From a virus (Duplodnaviria; Caudoviricetes), in the IMG/VR virus record IMGVR_UViG_3300031911_000003, positions 11,196-75,195 of that record: 64,000 nt of DNA. One strand, written 5' to 3'. The position numbers and the translations under genes are program-made. Position 1 is the first letter of the stretch. Every line of letters starts with the position of its first letter. The notes under the pieces were generated by a model. The model saw only the letters and a program-made list of their open reading frames with translations. It did no database searches and was not told the origin of the DNA. This document shows, piece after piece, positions 35,393-45,442 of this stretch.

Positions 35393-37096
35393 TTACTTGC
35401 GCTCCATGCGGATGTTGCGCGCGTCAGCCGGCGCGCTCGCTTGCTCGTTGACGACGACGGTGGCGCCGTTCGGGTTGAGGGGTCGGATCGGGCGCTCGGC
35501 CAGGCGATCGTTCATCGTGCTGCTCTCCACCGTCGCGCCGGGCCGGATGCCCGCAGCCGCGGAGCGGAGGCGCTCCACGTCGAGCCCACCGCGCCGGGCC
35601 ATCATCGCGAAGACGCCGTCGAGCGCCGGGTCGGCGCTGCGCGTCTCGCGGGCGGCGGGCGGCGGAGCCAGGACGGACGGTGGTGCAGTTCCGTCGCCGC
35701 TCCTGAGCGGCGCGGTTCGCGTCACCTGGGCAACGGCGCCGGCCACCTGAATCTTGAACGTCCGCAGCTGCTCGAGCGACCAGGGGCGCGAGGCGCGCTT
35801 GTTCTCGACGCTGCCGCGAACGTAGCCGACCGGATCCATGCCGAGCATCTCGGCCTCGAGGCCGGGCTCGAGGCCGGCATCGGAGGCGGCGATCTCGAGC
35901 ACGAGCTTCTGCCGCTCACTGTCTTCGGTCTTGGCGGCGGCGGAGCGTTGCTCGCTGAGCATGCGCTTGTGCGCGGCCTCGACGGTCTGCATCGCGGCGA
36001 ACTTCGTCCGCAGCTCGGCGGGCGTCTTGGCGATCTTGCCTCCGACGTCCGCGAAGGTCTGTTCCGCGTGCGGGAGGCAAGCGCGCTGGCAGGCGGCCCA
36101 CTCCTTGGCCATCTCCTCGTCGCCGAGCTTCTCGGGCGCGGCGCGCATCATCGAGTTGAAGAGCGCGACGTCCTGCGCGGCATCGGCGTGCCCGCCCATC
36201 TCATCGATGGAGGCGGTCATGAGGTTCACCATGCCGAGCGCAGTCTTCATACACCCACGCGCACATTCCTTGAAGAAGGCGCGCAGCGACTCGTCAGAAG
36301 TCGCGGCCATCATCGCCAGCGCGTCGCCGGCAGACCGCATCTGGTCAGAGATCGACCAGCGGATCTGGTCGCGCAGCTCGGGGGTCAGCATCTTGAAAAC
36401 TCCAGTCGTGAAGGCGAAAGGTTGCGCGTCACGCTTCGTGATGGTAGAAGAGGTAGTCCACGTCGTCTTGGGTCCAACTTGCTGCGGAGGTGCCAAATGC
36501 GCTAGTTTCGTAATTCCCGCGCGCTGCGCGGCGCGCAGCCCATCTTCGGCTGCGCGGACGCACAGGGCCATTGGGTTCGACGGCGTCGCGCAGCTCGAGC
36601 CCTCGCGGATTTTGTAGCGCTCGTAGACGAGCGTCGAGCCTGCGACGCCCGTAGCGAAGCACTGCCCGCACGGTCCCCATTTCGTCTCACCCTCACCGCC
36701 GCAGCCCTCACAGTCGCCGCCCTCGCCGAGCTCGACGCGCGTCGCACCCTCGATCGGGTCGAAACCGAGGGAGCAGCCACGCAAGAAACCCCGCACATGG
36801 TCCGCGTAAGTCTCGGCGGCGATCTGCTTGTCCATGTTGAAGCGCACGCGGACGCGGAAGCGCTCTGGCGACTGCTCGACGACCTGCACCATGTCGCCGA
36901 GGACGTTCCTGACACTGCCGCTCGCGTGCGTGTCGAGCCACGGCCTCGCCTCGCTGTGGAACTCGGCGCCCATAGGGTCTAGGCGCGTCCCGTAGGTGTC
37001 CCTGTGCGGGGTGACGAGGTCGAAGTCGAGCACGCCCTCAGGGAGAGTTTCGCCCTTTACGGGCGCGAAGAAGCTGTAGGCGCGGCGCATCTGCAT
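35393..37096 (-). CDS. Prohead protease (HK97/S78-like) fused to scaffold
   Basis: DTYGTRL, LRGCSLGF and EGSSCATPSNPMA motifs; zinc-ribbon insertion; helical C-terminal half. Confidence 0.8.
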   Translation of the reverse strand: MQMRRAYSFFAPVKGETLPEGVLDFDLVTPHRDTYGTRLDPMGAEFHSEARPWLDTHASGSVRNVLGDMVQVVEQSPERFRVRVRFNMDKQIAAETYADHVRGFLRGCSLGFDPIEGATRVELGEGGDCEGCGGEGETKWGPCGQCFATGVAGSTLVYERYKIREGSSCATPSNPMALCVRAAEDGLRAAQRAGITKLAHLAPPQQVGPKTTWTTSSTITKRDAQPFAFTTGVFKMLTPELRDQIRWSISDQMRSAGDALAMMAATSDESLRAFFKECARGCMKTALGMVNLMTASIDEMGGHADAAQDVALFNSMMRAAPEKLGDEEMAKEWAACQRACLPHAEQTFADVGGKIAKTPAELRTKFAAMQTVEAAHKRMLSEQRSAAAKTEDSERQKLVLEIAASDAGLEPGLEAEMLGMDPVGYVRGSVENKRASRPWSLEQLRTFKIQVAGAVAQVTRTAPLRSGDGTAPPSVLAPPPAARETRSADPALDGVFAMMARRGGLDVERLRSAAAGIRPGATVESSTMNDRLAERPIRPLNPNGATVVVNEQASAPADARNIRMERK

Positions 37097-37120
37097 CCTG
37101 CGCCGAGATGGTCGCCGAGG

Positions 37121-37150
37121 TTGACATTTCGTACTCAGCCGCGCTACGCT
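37121..37150 (+). promoter_or_regulatory. sigma70-type promoter back-to-back with the late ACCATCT box
   Basis: TTGACA-N18-TACGCT; the minus-strand ACCATCT is at 37106-37112. Confidence 0.6.
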
Positions 37151-37393
37151 CGTCCACGGTGATACTCCGCGGCGCGCAGACCGCGTAGCTAGCGCAGAAG
37201 CCGCAGTCGGAAGCGAAGCCGGCCGCTGGCTGAGTCTCGCTTCGCAGTTCTGAAGGGATTAAATGGAACGTACGTATCTCTACGACGCAGACGCTGCAGC
37301 CAAATTCGTTGTAGCACAGCGCTCAACAGAAAGAGCCAGCAAGCTACACGAAGCCGCTGAGGCGAAGCGCGCGGAGGCGCGCGAACTGTGCAA

Positions 37394-37732
37394 GTGAGCG
37401 TGCTCGAGTGCCTGCTCCTCGACGGAGCGCCGAACGTGCCGGCTGGCGCCGAGTGCGTCGCGTTCACCATAGCGGCGACCGCGGAGCAGGTGCGCGAGAT
37501 AGAGCAGGGTTACGGTCGCGGCGCCGCGCTCACGATGTCGTTCGGCATCAACGCCGACGTGCAAAGGCTGACGACAGAGCTCAACAAGTTGCGCACCGAT
37601 CTCGAGACGGAGAAGTCTTCGTGGAAGAGACAGACCGACATACTCGAAGCTGAGATCGCCCGCTACCGCGCCGCCTACGACAAGAACCCGCCGGAAGGCG
37701 CGAGTCGCGCGGCGCTGCTTGAGGTCGACTAG
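37394..37732 (+). CDS. Hypothetical coiled-coil protein
   Basis: GTGA overlap with an upstream 44-aa ORF (37263-37397). Confidence 0.5.
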   Translation: MSVLECLLLDGAPNVPAGAECVAFTIAATAEQVREIEQGYGRGAALTMSFGINADVQRLTTELNKLRTDLETEKSSWKRQTDILEAEIARYRAAYDKNPPEGASRAALLEVD

Positions 37733-37954
37733 TTGCCGACAGTACTGCAAATAGCTCGTGGTGCGCCAGGCGCGGCGCTGCTGACGTCGAGGCAAACCGA
37801 AGCTCTGTTCGAACTAGGCGTCGGCGCAGACCGGCGTTTCGATGCGATCGCGCGGAATTCGCCGAACTACGTCCGTCTACTCGGCCCATTCGGTGCGTCG
37901 TGGCAGATCGGCGACGGTGTGAACGAAGAATTACTGTCGGCGCTGTTCGAGTGA
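37733..37954 (+). CDS. Hypothetical protein
   Basis: 73 aa, abuts genes on both sides. Confidence 0.45.
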   Translation: MPTVLQIARGAPGAALLTSRQTEALFELGVGADRRFDAIARNSPNYVRLLGPFGASWQIGDGVNEELLSALFE

Positions 37955-38493
37955 CGCAGCTACAACGCTTGGCGCATGATGCTCTCGAATCCGCGACCGA
38001 TGAAGAGATACAAGAACCGGATATTAGAGGAGTTGTTCAAATGAACCAAGCAGCGACACAAGTACTCGACGAAATGGTGCTTGGCGCGCACGCGAAAGCG
38101 ATGCTCGCGAAGCTCTGCATAAACGACATGGCCGCGCCGCTCGTCGCCATCTACAGGCACATCGGCGGCGGCAAGATGCTCGACGATTTCGAACCGCAGG
38201 TCGGCGACTACTTCGCCGCCGAGATGAACCTCGTGCGCTTCGCGCTCGCGCAGTGCGATGTCGGCGTGAAGCGACAGGAAGAGCTCGTCAAGAGCACCGT
38301 GCGCCGCATCGCGGCGATCTTCGTCGGCTACGTCGACAAGATGAGCCGAGGCGAGCCGATCGACGAAGAGCAGGCGGAGTTTATGAAGAACCGCGCCAAG
38401 TTCGAGGCGGCCGAGACGCCCGCCGAGAAACTGCGCGCCTTCGCCGATCTTCTCGAAGGCCGCAGCGGCGGCAAGAGCAAGTACAGCGCGTGA
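37951..38493 (+). CDS. Hypothetical helical protein
   Basis: GTGA-coupled; normal codon usage. Confidence 0.6.
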   Translation: MTQLQRLAHDALESATDEEIQEPDIRGVVQMNQAATQVLDEMVLGAHAKAMLAKLCINDMAAPLVAIYRHIGGGKMLDDFEPQVGDYFAAEMNLVRFALAQCDVGVKRQEELVKSTVRRIAAIFVGYVDKMSRGEPIDEEQAEFMKNRAKFEAAETPAEKLRAFADLLEGRSGGKSKYSA

Positions 38494-38826
38494 CTCTCGA
38501 GAGGCGCAGCGCGGCTGAGTGGCGGACGGCGCTGACAATTAGACGTACGATTCAACGCAACGCCTTCGCATTCATTACTGCGCCGCCATCTAGCTTTTCG
38601 CGTTTTGAGGAGCAAGCCAGACAAGTTGATCGCGCGATGGCACAAGTCCTGCAAGGCGCCTTTCCGTTCAGCAACGACTTCCGCGGATCGTCGCTCACCT
38701 CAGCGAACCTACACGCCGCGGTCGCTAGAATGCGCACAGCGCAGAACTCGCCCGACCTGCTCGTCATTGACGATCTAATCGCACCGACGGAGATGTCGCG
38801 ACGAGTTGACTACATCCTCGGCCGCG

Positions 38827-40491
38827 TCAATCATCGTCGCCTGCGCCGAATTCCGTGGTCGCAGTGGCTTCCTGCGAAGCTTCGCCGCCTGCGTCGGAGC
38901 CTTGGGCCTCCGTTTCAACGGATTTTTCCTCATCTGTCACCGTTTGAGCGCCGCTATCCGTTTGGCTACCATTCGGACTGCCGGACTGGGCCACCTCCGC
39001 TTCCGCCTCGTCTAAGAAACCGGCTCGAACGAACCAGTGCGCCGCGGGAATGCCCGGCAGCGACTTCTCGAGCTGCGGCAGCGCGGCGGCGAGCGTCGCA
39101 ATGCCGGAGGCCGTCTCCTGAGCGCGCTTTGAGCGCTGCTCCTCGCGGGCCGCCTGGTCCTCCGGGGGGGTCGCGTCGCGCCACACGTACGGCGCCAGTT
39201 CGAAGTCTCGGAAGTTGAACCACGTGATCCAGCGCGTGAGCTGCGAGCGCAGCACGCCGCTGCACGGCTCCCACACGACGCGGTCTGCGCCCGTCTCGGG
39301 ATCGCGGTATGTGCGGCGTCGCGCGTCCCAGAACCATGAGGCGCTCTCGCCGTACTTCTGCCAGAGAGTCTCCTTGTGGACAACGGCCTGTTTGAATCCG
39401 CCGGTCTGCCCCACGGAGGTCATGTCCTGCCCGAGGTAGACGAGCAAGATGCGCCGCAGGATGCGCTTCTCGGTATCGCTGAACGCCTCCCAGCCGCTCC
39501 CAGACGTGTGTATGAGCTCCACTTCCTCGAGCCGCTTGCCGTCGAGCATGCGCAGGGGGATAACGGCGCCGCTGCCGACGCGGGCGATGAGCTGCGCCGA
39601 GGTCGGCACCTGGCCGGGTCCACCCGCCTGGTCGGCGTGCGGGAAGTTCGCGTCGGCGAAGTATTTGGTGAATCCGAGGCCGAAGCGCTCCGTGAACGCC
39701 TGGTTCGTGAGGAAGTTGAAGAGGTCGCCGATGAAGTCGAGGCCCAGCGAGTAGACCGCGCCGTAGATCCAGGGGTTCCGGTTCGCGGCTTTCGAGAGCA
39801 CCCAGCGGCCCATGCCCGGCTCGACGACGAGCAGCCCCTTGTTTATGGTTGTCGCGCAGAAGTCGCCGCCGTCTACGCTGCGGTCGTTGCCACGGTAGAA
39901 GTATTGCGTCTGTGACGGGTGCCAGGGCTTGAGCACCGGCAGCCAGAACCGCTGCCGGCCGTCGCGGCGCTCCTCCCAATCAGCGCCCATAATGCCCTGG
40001 CCCATCTGCAGGCGGTCGTCGTGGAAGTTACGCAGCGTCGCGTCGGGGTAGACGTCCTGCTCGATCTCGGCGAACCAGTCGCGCACCCATCGCGCGCGAC
40101 GGCACTTGGGGCGGCGGCAGTCCTCGCCGTGCTCGACGACGCACGCGGCCGACACGTGCCTCGGCAGGAGACTGTTCACGCCCTCCCAGCGGACGTTCAG
40201 CGCGTCGGCGATGACTGGATGCAGCCGGAAGTCGTCGGCGAGAAGCCCCGCTGCGCCGAACGCGCCGCCCGCCATGGACGAGATCGCGGCCTTGGCGCTG
40301 TCGACGTTCCAGCCATAGACGTCTCGCTGCCCAAAGCCCTGCATCGTCGGGACCTGCGCGATGCGTCCCGTCTGCGGCTCGCGCGGTGGCTTGGCAACAA
40401 CGCCCGTCGGCGAGACTGGGAGTAGGCCGCTCGCTGCGCGGTGCAGTAGACTGGCAGCACGCAATCGCAGGTCATGCAGGGTGTAGGCCAT
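38827..40491 (-). CDS. Portal protein, Mu gp29/DUF935-like
   Basis: LKPWHPSQ, FTERFGLG, ILLVYLGQDMTS.GQTGG..QA.VH motifs; ACCATCT 7 nt upstream. Confidence 0.85.
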   Translation of the reverse strand: MAYTLHDLRLRAASLLHRAASGLLPVSPTGVVAKPPREPQTGRIAQVPTMQGFGQRDVYGWNVDSAKAAISSMAGGAFGAAGLLADDFRLHPVIADALNVRWEGVNSLLPRHVSAACVVEHGEDCRRPKCRRARWVRDWFAEIEQDVYPDATLRNFHDDRLQMGQGIMGADWEERRDGRQRFWLPVLKPWHPSQTQYFYRGNDRSVDGGDFCATTINKGLLVVEPGMGRWVLSKAANRNPWIYGAVYSLGLDFIGDLFNFLTNQAFTERFGLGFTKYFADANFPHADQAGGPGQVPTSAQLIARVGSGAVIPLRMLDGKRLEEVELIHTSGSGWEAFSDTEKRILRRILLVYLGQDMTSVGQTGGFKQAVVHKETLWQKYGESASWFWDARRRTYRDPETGADRVVWEPCSGVLRSQLTRWITWFNFRDFELAPYVWRDATPPEDQAAREEQRSKRAQETASGIATLAAALPQLEKSLPGIPAAHWFVRAGFLDEAEAEVAQSGSPNGSQTDSGAQTVTDEEKSVETEAQGSDAGGEASQEATATTEFGAGDDD

Positions 40492-40634
40492 CGCCCGAAG
40501 ATGGTCGCCGAGCTTGACGCAGCGACGGGAAGTACCGAAGATACTTCAATGCTTGCAGCAAATATAACTTGCGACACCTATGTAGGTGGTTTGTTCATAA
40601 GCTTGTGTGAAGACGCAAGCATTCGCGCTGACTT

Positions 40635-41924
40635 GTGGACTTGGCATTTCCTCTATCATTCAATCGATCGTTGGTCATTTCCATGGAACGGGTTCCTAGA
40701 GTTATTCGTCCACCGAGAGTGGAAGCGTTTGTCGGTGGTGTTTTCGTGACCTCCATCGTTTTCGACGTCCACGCCTGGCCACATCGAAGACACGGTGGCC
40801 CACTCGTCAAAGGGATCAACAGGCGCGGGCAGCTCTGCCTCGACGTGCTGTGTCGGGCTGTGGATGCCACGAACAGCAGTGGCGACGCTCTGATCGTCGC
40901 GGGCGACCTCATCGACAGCGCTGGACCCGTGCAGCCGCAGTTCGCGGCGGCGCTGCGCGGTGTGCTTCAAAAAGCGCGACGACCTGTGACGTTGCTCCTC
41001 GGCAACCACGACATGACTGCAGAGAACGATCACAGCCTGGCGATCTACGAGCAGAACGACGATTGGACGAACATCAACGTCTGCTCGTCGATTGCGTGGC
41101 CCCACGGCGCGATGCTGAGCGATTGCGCGCTCGGCTGCGACGAATCGATCCTAGTACCATTCCACTGCGACATACGTGACGAGCGTGTGCGCGACGTACC
41201 GTTGGTCGTCGGCCACTTCGGCGTGTACGACGACAGCTTCTCGCCTTGGTGCAAGCGCGCGAAGGGTGCTTGGCATGTAGACGCGCTGTTCGCGTTCATG
41301 CGAGAGCGGAACATTCGCTGTGTGTGTCTCGGTGATTGGCACTCAAGGGCTATCTGGCAGAAGCGTGACGGCGTTGTCATGCATCACAGTGCGGACACAC
41401 GTTGCCTTAGCGAGCTAACGCTAGATCGACCAGACAGCTTTATCGTGATGCAAGGCGGCGCGCTCTGCACAACGGGGTGGGACAACCCAGGTCTTCACGG
41501 CTACGGCACCGTCGCGCGCTGGGGCGGTGAGCGCCTGTCGTGGCAGGAGCTGCCAGGCCCACGCTTCTGCGTCGCGCGCAGCGACAAGGAAGAGGCCGAA
41601 ATCGTCGCCGAGGCGAAGCGATTAGGACACAACTTGTTCCTGCGGCGCTACTACCAAGGCGACGCGGCGCCGCAGCGACCCGAAGGGTTCGAGGCGTATG
41701 AAGCGCTTCCCGTCCGCATTGAGCAAGCCGCGCAGCACTTTATAGTTGAACAGATTCCAGGCGAGAGCATTTTGGCTGGCTATAGTGTTGGGGGTTTACC
41801 TGTGTATTACCCAACCAAATTTGAGACACCTGAACAGAAGTTGGAACGCTTGCTAACGAAGTGGCTAGACCAATTCGGGGACGACAGAGATGCTCTGGAA
41901 GCGCACGCAAGGAGATATCTATGA
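40635..41924 (+). CDS. SbcD/Mre11-like metallophosphoesterase nuclease
   Basis: DVH, AGDL, LGNHD, GH and LGDWH motifs; start uncertain; upstream of a Rad50-like gene. Confidence 0.88.
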   Translation: MDLAFPLSFNRSLVISMERVPRVIRPPRVEAFVGGVFVTSIVFDVHAWPHRRHGGPLVKGINRRGQLCLDVLCRAVDATNSSGDALIVAGDLIDSAGPVQPQFAAALRGVLQKARRPVTLLLGNHDMTAENDHSLAIYEQNDDWTNINVCSSIAWPHGAMLSDCALGCDESILVPFHCDIRDERVRDVPLVVGHFGVYDDSFSPWCKRAKGAWHVDALFAFMRERNIRCVCLGDWHSRAIWQKRDGVVMHHSADTRCLSELTLDRPDSFIVMQGGALCTTGWDNPGLHGYGTVARWGGERLSWQELPGPRFCVARSDKEEAEIVAEAKRLGHNLFLRRYYQGDAAPQRPEGFEAYEALPVRIEQAAQHFIVEQIPGESILAGYSVGGLPVYYPTKFETPEQKLERLLTKWLDQFGDDRDALEAHARRYL

Positions 41925-42042
41925 CTATTCTCTGTAAATGTTGCTCAAAGATCACTTGTGGGCAATTCTTTGTTCGCTGTCCGCATTGTGTTGTCATCCA
42001 CGTTTGTGGAAGCGGTGTTGCGCTATCATCGGCAGAACAAGC

Positions 42043-43425
42043 ATGCTTGTGGACTTCGTGAAGCTCCACCTCCACCCCTACCCGCCGCACCGCAACTCGT
42101 TGCTCGATCTTCCAGCTACCGGCCTTGTCGCGATCTGCGGCAAGAACGGGCACGGCAAGTCGAGCTTCGTCGAGGCTTACGCGGCCTGCGTCTGGGGGCG
42201 TTCGCTGCGCGGTGCCGGCCCGTGGCGCGGCGCTGACACAAAGCTGACGCTGGACGTCGGTGGATACCGCGTCGAGCGCACGCCCGAGAGCCTACTCCTC
42301 AACGGTGCCAGCGCGCTCAAGCCCTCCAAGAAGCAGGCAGATGTGACGGCGCTGTTTGGCGACTTTCAGACCTGGCAGCGCACGCGCGTCTTCGACGCGG
42401 ACCTCACCGCGCGCTTCGGCGCCGCGTCCGACGGCGACAGGAAGAAGCTGCTCGAGCAGCTACTCGGACTCGAGAAGCTAGACGACGGGTTGCGCCGCTG
42501 TCGCGAGGACAAGCGAGAAGCTGAGCGGCAGCTAAAGAGCGTCGAGCAGGCGCTTTACGTCTCGGAAGAGCCAGACCCGACGCCCGTCGACTTCGATGTG
42601 GAGGCGCTGGCGCGCTCGACGACTCTGCTCGAAGACGTCGAGCGCGCCGCGGCGAAGATGGCCAAGGAGGAGGGGCGCCTTCTCGCCACACTGCAGAGTG
42701 CGGAGCGAAAGATCGGTGCGCTGAGCTCCGGTAGGTGCCCGACCTGCGAGCAGGGCATCCCAACGAAGCACGTCGAGGCGCTCAAGACAGCGGCCGAGGA
42801 GACGAGGATGGAGCGCGCGGCGACCTCTCGCGAGCGCGCTGCGGCGGCCGAAGAGAGCACCCGACTACTCGAGCAGGTGCGGAAACTGCGCGCCGAGCAG
42901 GCCGCCGCCGAGCGCGCAGTCGAAGCAGCGAAGCTCCGCGCAGAACGACAGGCGAAGCGCGCGCCGCTAATCGAGCAGCGAGAGCAGTACGCGGCGTCGC
43001 TCCGCCAGCTATCGGCCGTGGATGCTTTCATCGTCAACGCGCGTCCGAAGCTCCTTCGCTCCTCCCTGGCCATCTTGGAGGCTGCGGCGTCGGCGTGGCT
43101 GCCGAATCTCTCGATAGGTGATGACGGCTCAATATTGCACGGCGTCAGGACTTACAAGGAGCTCAACGAGGGACATCGCCGCCTCTGCGATATGGCCGTG
43201 CTGCTTGGACTATCGGGCATGGGCGATGCAAAAGCCAAGGGGCCGGTCTGGCTCGATGGTGCGCTTCATGGCCTCGACGACGAGCGGCAGGACGGCATGG
43301 CGGCGCTCCTCGAGACGATCGCGCAGCGGGAGCTCGTCATCGTGCTCACCTGCCAAGAAGACGCGGCGCAGCGGCTGCTTGGACTCAAGATCCGAGTAGT
43401 TGACGGACGGATCGTAAATCAGTAG
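42043..43425 (+). CDS. SbcC/Rad50-like ABC ATPase
   Basis: GKNGHGKS, coiled coil with CPTC zinc hook, degenerate signature LNEG, Walker B/D-loop WLDGALHGLD. Confidence 0.9.
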   Translation: MLVDFVKLHLHPYPPHRNSLLDLPATGLVAICGKNGHGKSSFVEAYAACVWGRSLRGAGPWRGADTKLTLDVGGYRVERTPESLLLNGASALKPSKKQADVTALFGDFQTWQRTRVFDADLTARFGAASDGDRKKLLEQLLGLEKLDDGLRRCREDKREAERQLKSVEQALYVSEEPDPTPVDFDVEALARSTTLLEDVERAAAKMAKEEGRLLATLQSAERKIGALSSGRCPTCEQGIPTKHVEALKTAAEETRMERAATSRERAAAAEESTRLLEQVRKLRAEQAAAERAVEAAKLRAERQAKRAPLIEQREQYAASLRQLSAVDAFIVNARPKLLRSSLAILEAAASAWLPNLSIGDDGSILHGVRTYKELNEGHRRLCDMAVLLGLSGMGDAKAKGPVWLDGALHGLDDERQDGMAALLETIAQRELVIVLTCQEDAAQRLLGLKIRVVDGRIVNQ

Positions 43426-43434
43426 AGTTGACGC

Positions 43435-44144
43435 ATGAAAGTCATCGGACTCGCAGGTTTGAAGGGCTCCGGCAAAGATGCGTTTGCGGACAGGTTGAGC
43501 TACTCATTCTCCAGACTCGGAATCCGGAGTGAGCGACGGGCATTTGCTGACGCAGTCAAGAGCTCGCTTCGGGAACTGTTCCGCTTCACAGAAGCGCAAC
43601 TGACCTCTCCTACATTGAAAGAGGTCATAGATCCACGCTGGGGCATCTCTCCGCGGGAGGCGATGCGCAGATACGGTGGCGCTCCCGGCGAGGGGCTGAA
43701 AGCGATCTTTGGCGATGACTTCTGGATACGTCGCCTGATGCTCGACGTATCACTACACCGTTCCTCTGACGTACTCCTCGTGACCGACGTCCGCTTCGAG
43801 ACGGAGGCCGCTTGGGTGAAGCGACAGGGCAAGCTCGTCCTCGTCTCGCGGTCGTGCGTGCTGTTCGACGGACACTCGACGGAAGAGATGGGACGCGACC
43901 CGTGTTGTTCTTCGACTACGCTGTCGACAATTCTGGGACGCTTGAGGAGTTGGCGGAGCACGCTGAAATGCTGGCGCGTCGGCTGCTGCCGTGGCTGCAA
44001 GCGAGAGAGATCGAGTACGAACCTACAGTTTCCGATTGCGTCAAGCGAGGCACGTCGGAGCAGCGAGAGCACTCCCGGGATTGCGGATTCTGTCTCGCTG
44101 CGGAAGTCGGAAGCGGACCTCTTATGTCGAAGGAGTCTAGATAG
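43435..44144 (+). CDS. Deoxynucleoside monophosphate kinase, split by a -1 frameshift near 43890-43905
   Basis: Frame 1 has GLKGSGKD, FAD, PREAMRRYG, VTDVRF.E and GHSTEE; the expected terminal 'VDNSGTLEEL' is in the ORF 43812-44144 frame. Confidence 0.82.
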
Positions 44145-45032
44145 ATGGCGCTCAAGCACACCTCCAAGGGCACGCCGTATCTCACGGCGCCGGAAGTCTG
44201 CATTATCGCAGCGACACATGTCGGCCGACATGTGTTCGGCGCCGAATCATTCGTCCGAGAGCTGTTTCCAGACACTGATTATTTCGAAGAAATCGAGGAA
44301 GACATCCCCCTCAACGACGGCGCCCAGCTCACCAAGTTCGCCGGACAGCTTTGCTACCTCAGCTTCGGCGCGCAGCGGACGCGCAACGCCGAGGCGTCGA
44401 AGTACCTCGAGCACGTAAAGGCGAGCGGCCACGGCAGCGTCTTTGAGCACGTCTCGATGTCGATCCTGTTCTGGGGCGTCTCGCGCGCTTTCACGCACGA
44501 GCTAGTCAGGCACAGGGCGGGCTTCGGATTCAGCCAGGTGTCGCAGCGCTATGTCGCGGGCAAGCACGTGCGCTTCGTCGAGTCGCTGGCGACGCAGTTC
44601 GATCATGCTTGCGCTTACAGCGAGGAGCGACAGCTTGGTGTAGTTGCTGAGCTACACGACTGCTTTGAGCAGTGGATCGACGCCTGCCGTGAGGAGTACG
44701 AGCGGCGCGAGCAGCTGCTCCTCCGTCGCGCCGGTATCGACTACAAGACCGCCACGACCGACCAGCGTAAGGCCGTGCGCCAGGAGGCCCGCCGCTGTCT
44801 CCCGAACGAGACGGAGGCGCCGATCCTCGTCACCGGCAACATCCGCGCCTGGCGCCACTTCTGCGAGCAGCGCGCGAGCGAGTTCGCCGACGCCGAGACT
44901 TGTCGCAACGCCTTTGCCGCGTTCGAGGCGCTGTGCGCCCACGAGCCGATGCTGTGGGAGGACTACATCGTCTCTACAGACAAGCGCGCCGACGGCTTGC
45001 CGACGGTACAGACGCCGTACAGGAAGGTGTAG
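44145..45032 (+). CDS. thyX: FAD-dependent thymidylate synthase
   Basis: GHGSVFEH, HELVRHR..FSQVSQRY, EARRCLP and NIRAWRHF..QR motifs. Confidence 0.95.
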   Translation: MALKHTSKGTPYLTAPEVCIIAATHVGRHVFGAESFVRELFPDTDYFEEIEEDIPLNDGAQLTKFAGQLCYLSFGAQRTRNAEASKYLEHVKASGHGSVFEHVSMSILFWGVSRAFTHELVRHRAGFGFSQVSQRYVAGKHVRFVESLATQFDHACAYSEERQLGVVAELHDCFEQWIDACREEYERREQLLLRRAGIDYKTATTDQRKAVRQEARRCLPNETEAPILVTGNIRAWRHFCEQRASEFADAETCRNAFAAFEALCAHEPMLWEDYIVSTDKRADGLPTVQTPYRKV

Positions 45033-45034
45033 CG

Positions 45035-45379
45035 GTGAGCGGAGAGGCGCAGCCGATCCCCGACGTTCGAGCGAAGCTCGAGCAGCTGCGCGTGCGGCGG
45101 CGTGTGACGGCGTTCTGCGACGCGTGCGGCAAGACGCGCAGCTGGTTCTACAAAGTGCTGCGCGGCGAGGCGTCGCTGCTACCGTACCTCGTCCAGCTCG
45201 ACTACGCACTTGACTTCCCAGCCCATCCCATCACCGCGGCGCGTGAGGCAGCGGGCTTATCGAGAACAGAAGCTGCACGACGGCTTGGATTGAGCCGCCA
45301 GACGATCTACGTCTGGGAGACGCAGCCGGCGCGACCAGAGCGCGTCGAGGCGATGCTTTCTCTCAAACGTTCTGAGTAG
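45035..45379 (+). CDS. Tandem HTH DNA-binding protein
   Basis: Two HTH-like segments, including REAAGLSRTEAARRLGLSRQTIYVWE. Confidence 0.75.
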   Translation: MSGEAQPIPDVRAKLEQLRVRRRVTAFCDACGKTRSWFYKVLRGEASLLPYLVQLDYALDFPAHPITAAREAAGLSRTEAARRLGLSRQTIYVWETQPARPERVEAMLSLKRSE

Positions 45380-45442
45380 TTTACAAATTGTACTTGCATG
45401 GCTTCGAGCTCTAATTTACGATTTGTATCAGAGGTGCTGTAC

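Noticed and set aside
35297-36505. 402-aa plus-strand ORF, and similar ones at 33898-34929, 10689-11990 and 58161-59420
   Set aside because: Shadow frames of capsid, scaffold, tube and AAA genes.
43435-44418. 327-aa kinase as a single long ORF
   Set aside because: Its C-terminal part is out-of-frame read-through overlapping thyX; the true tail is in the -1 frame.
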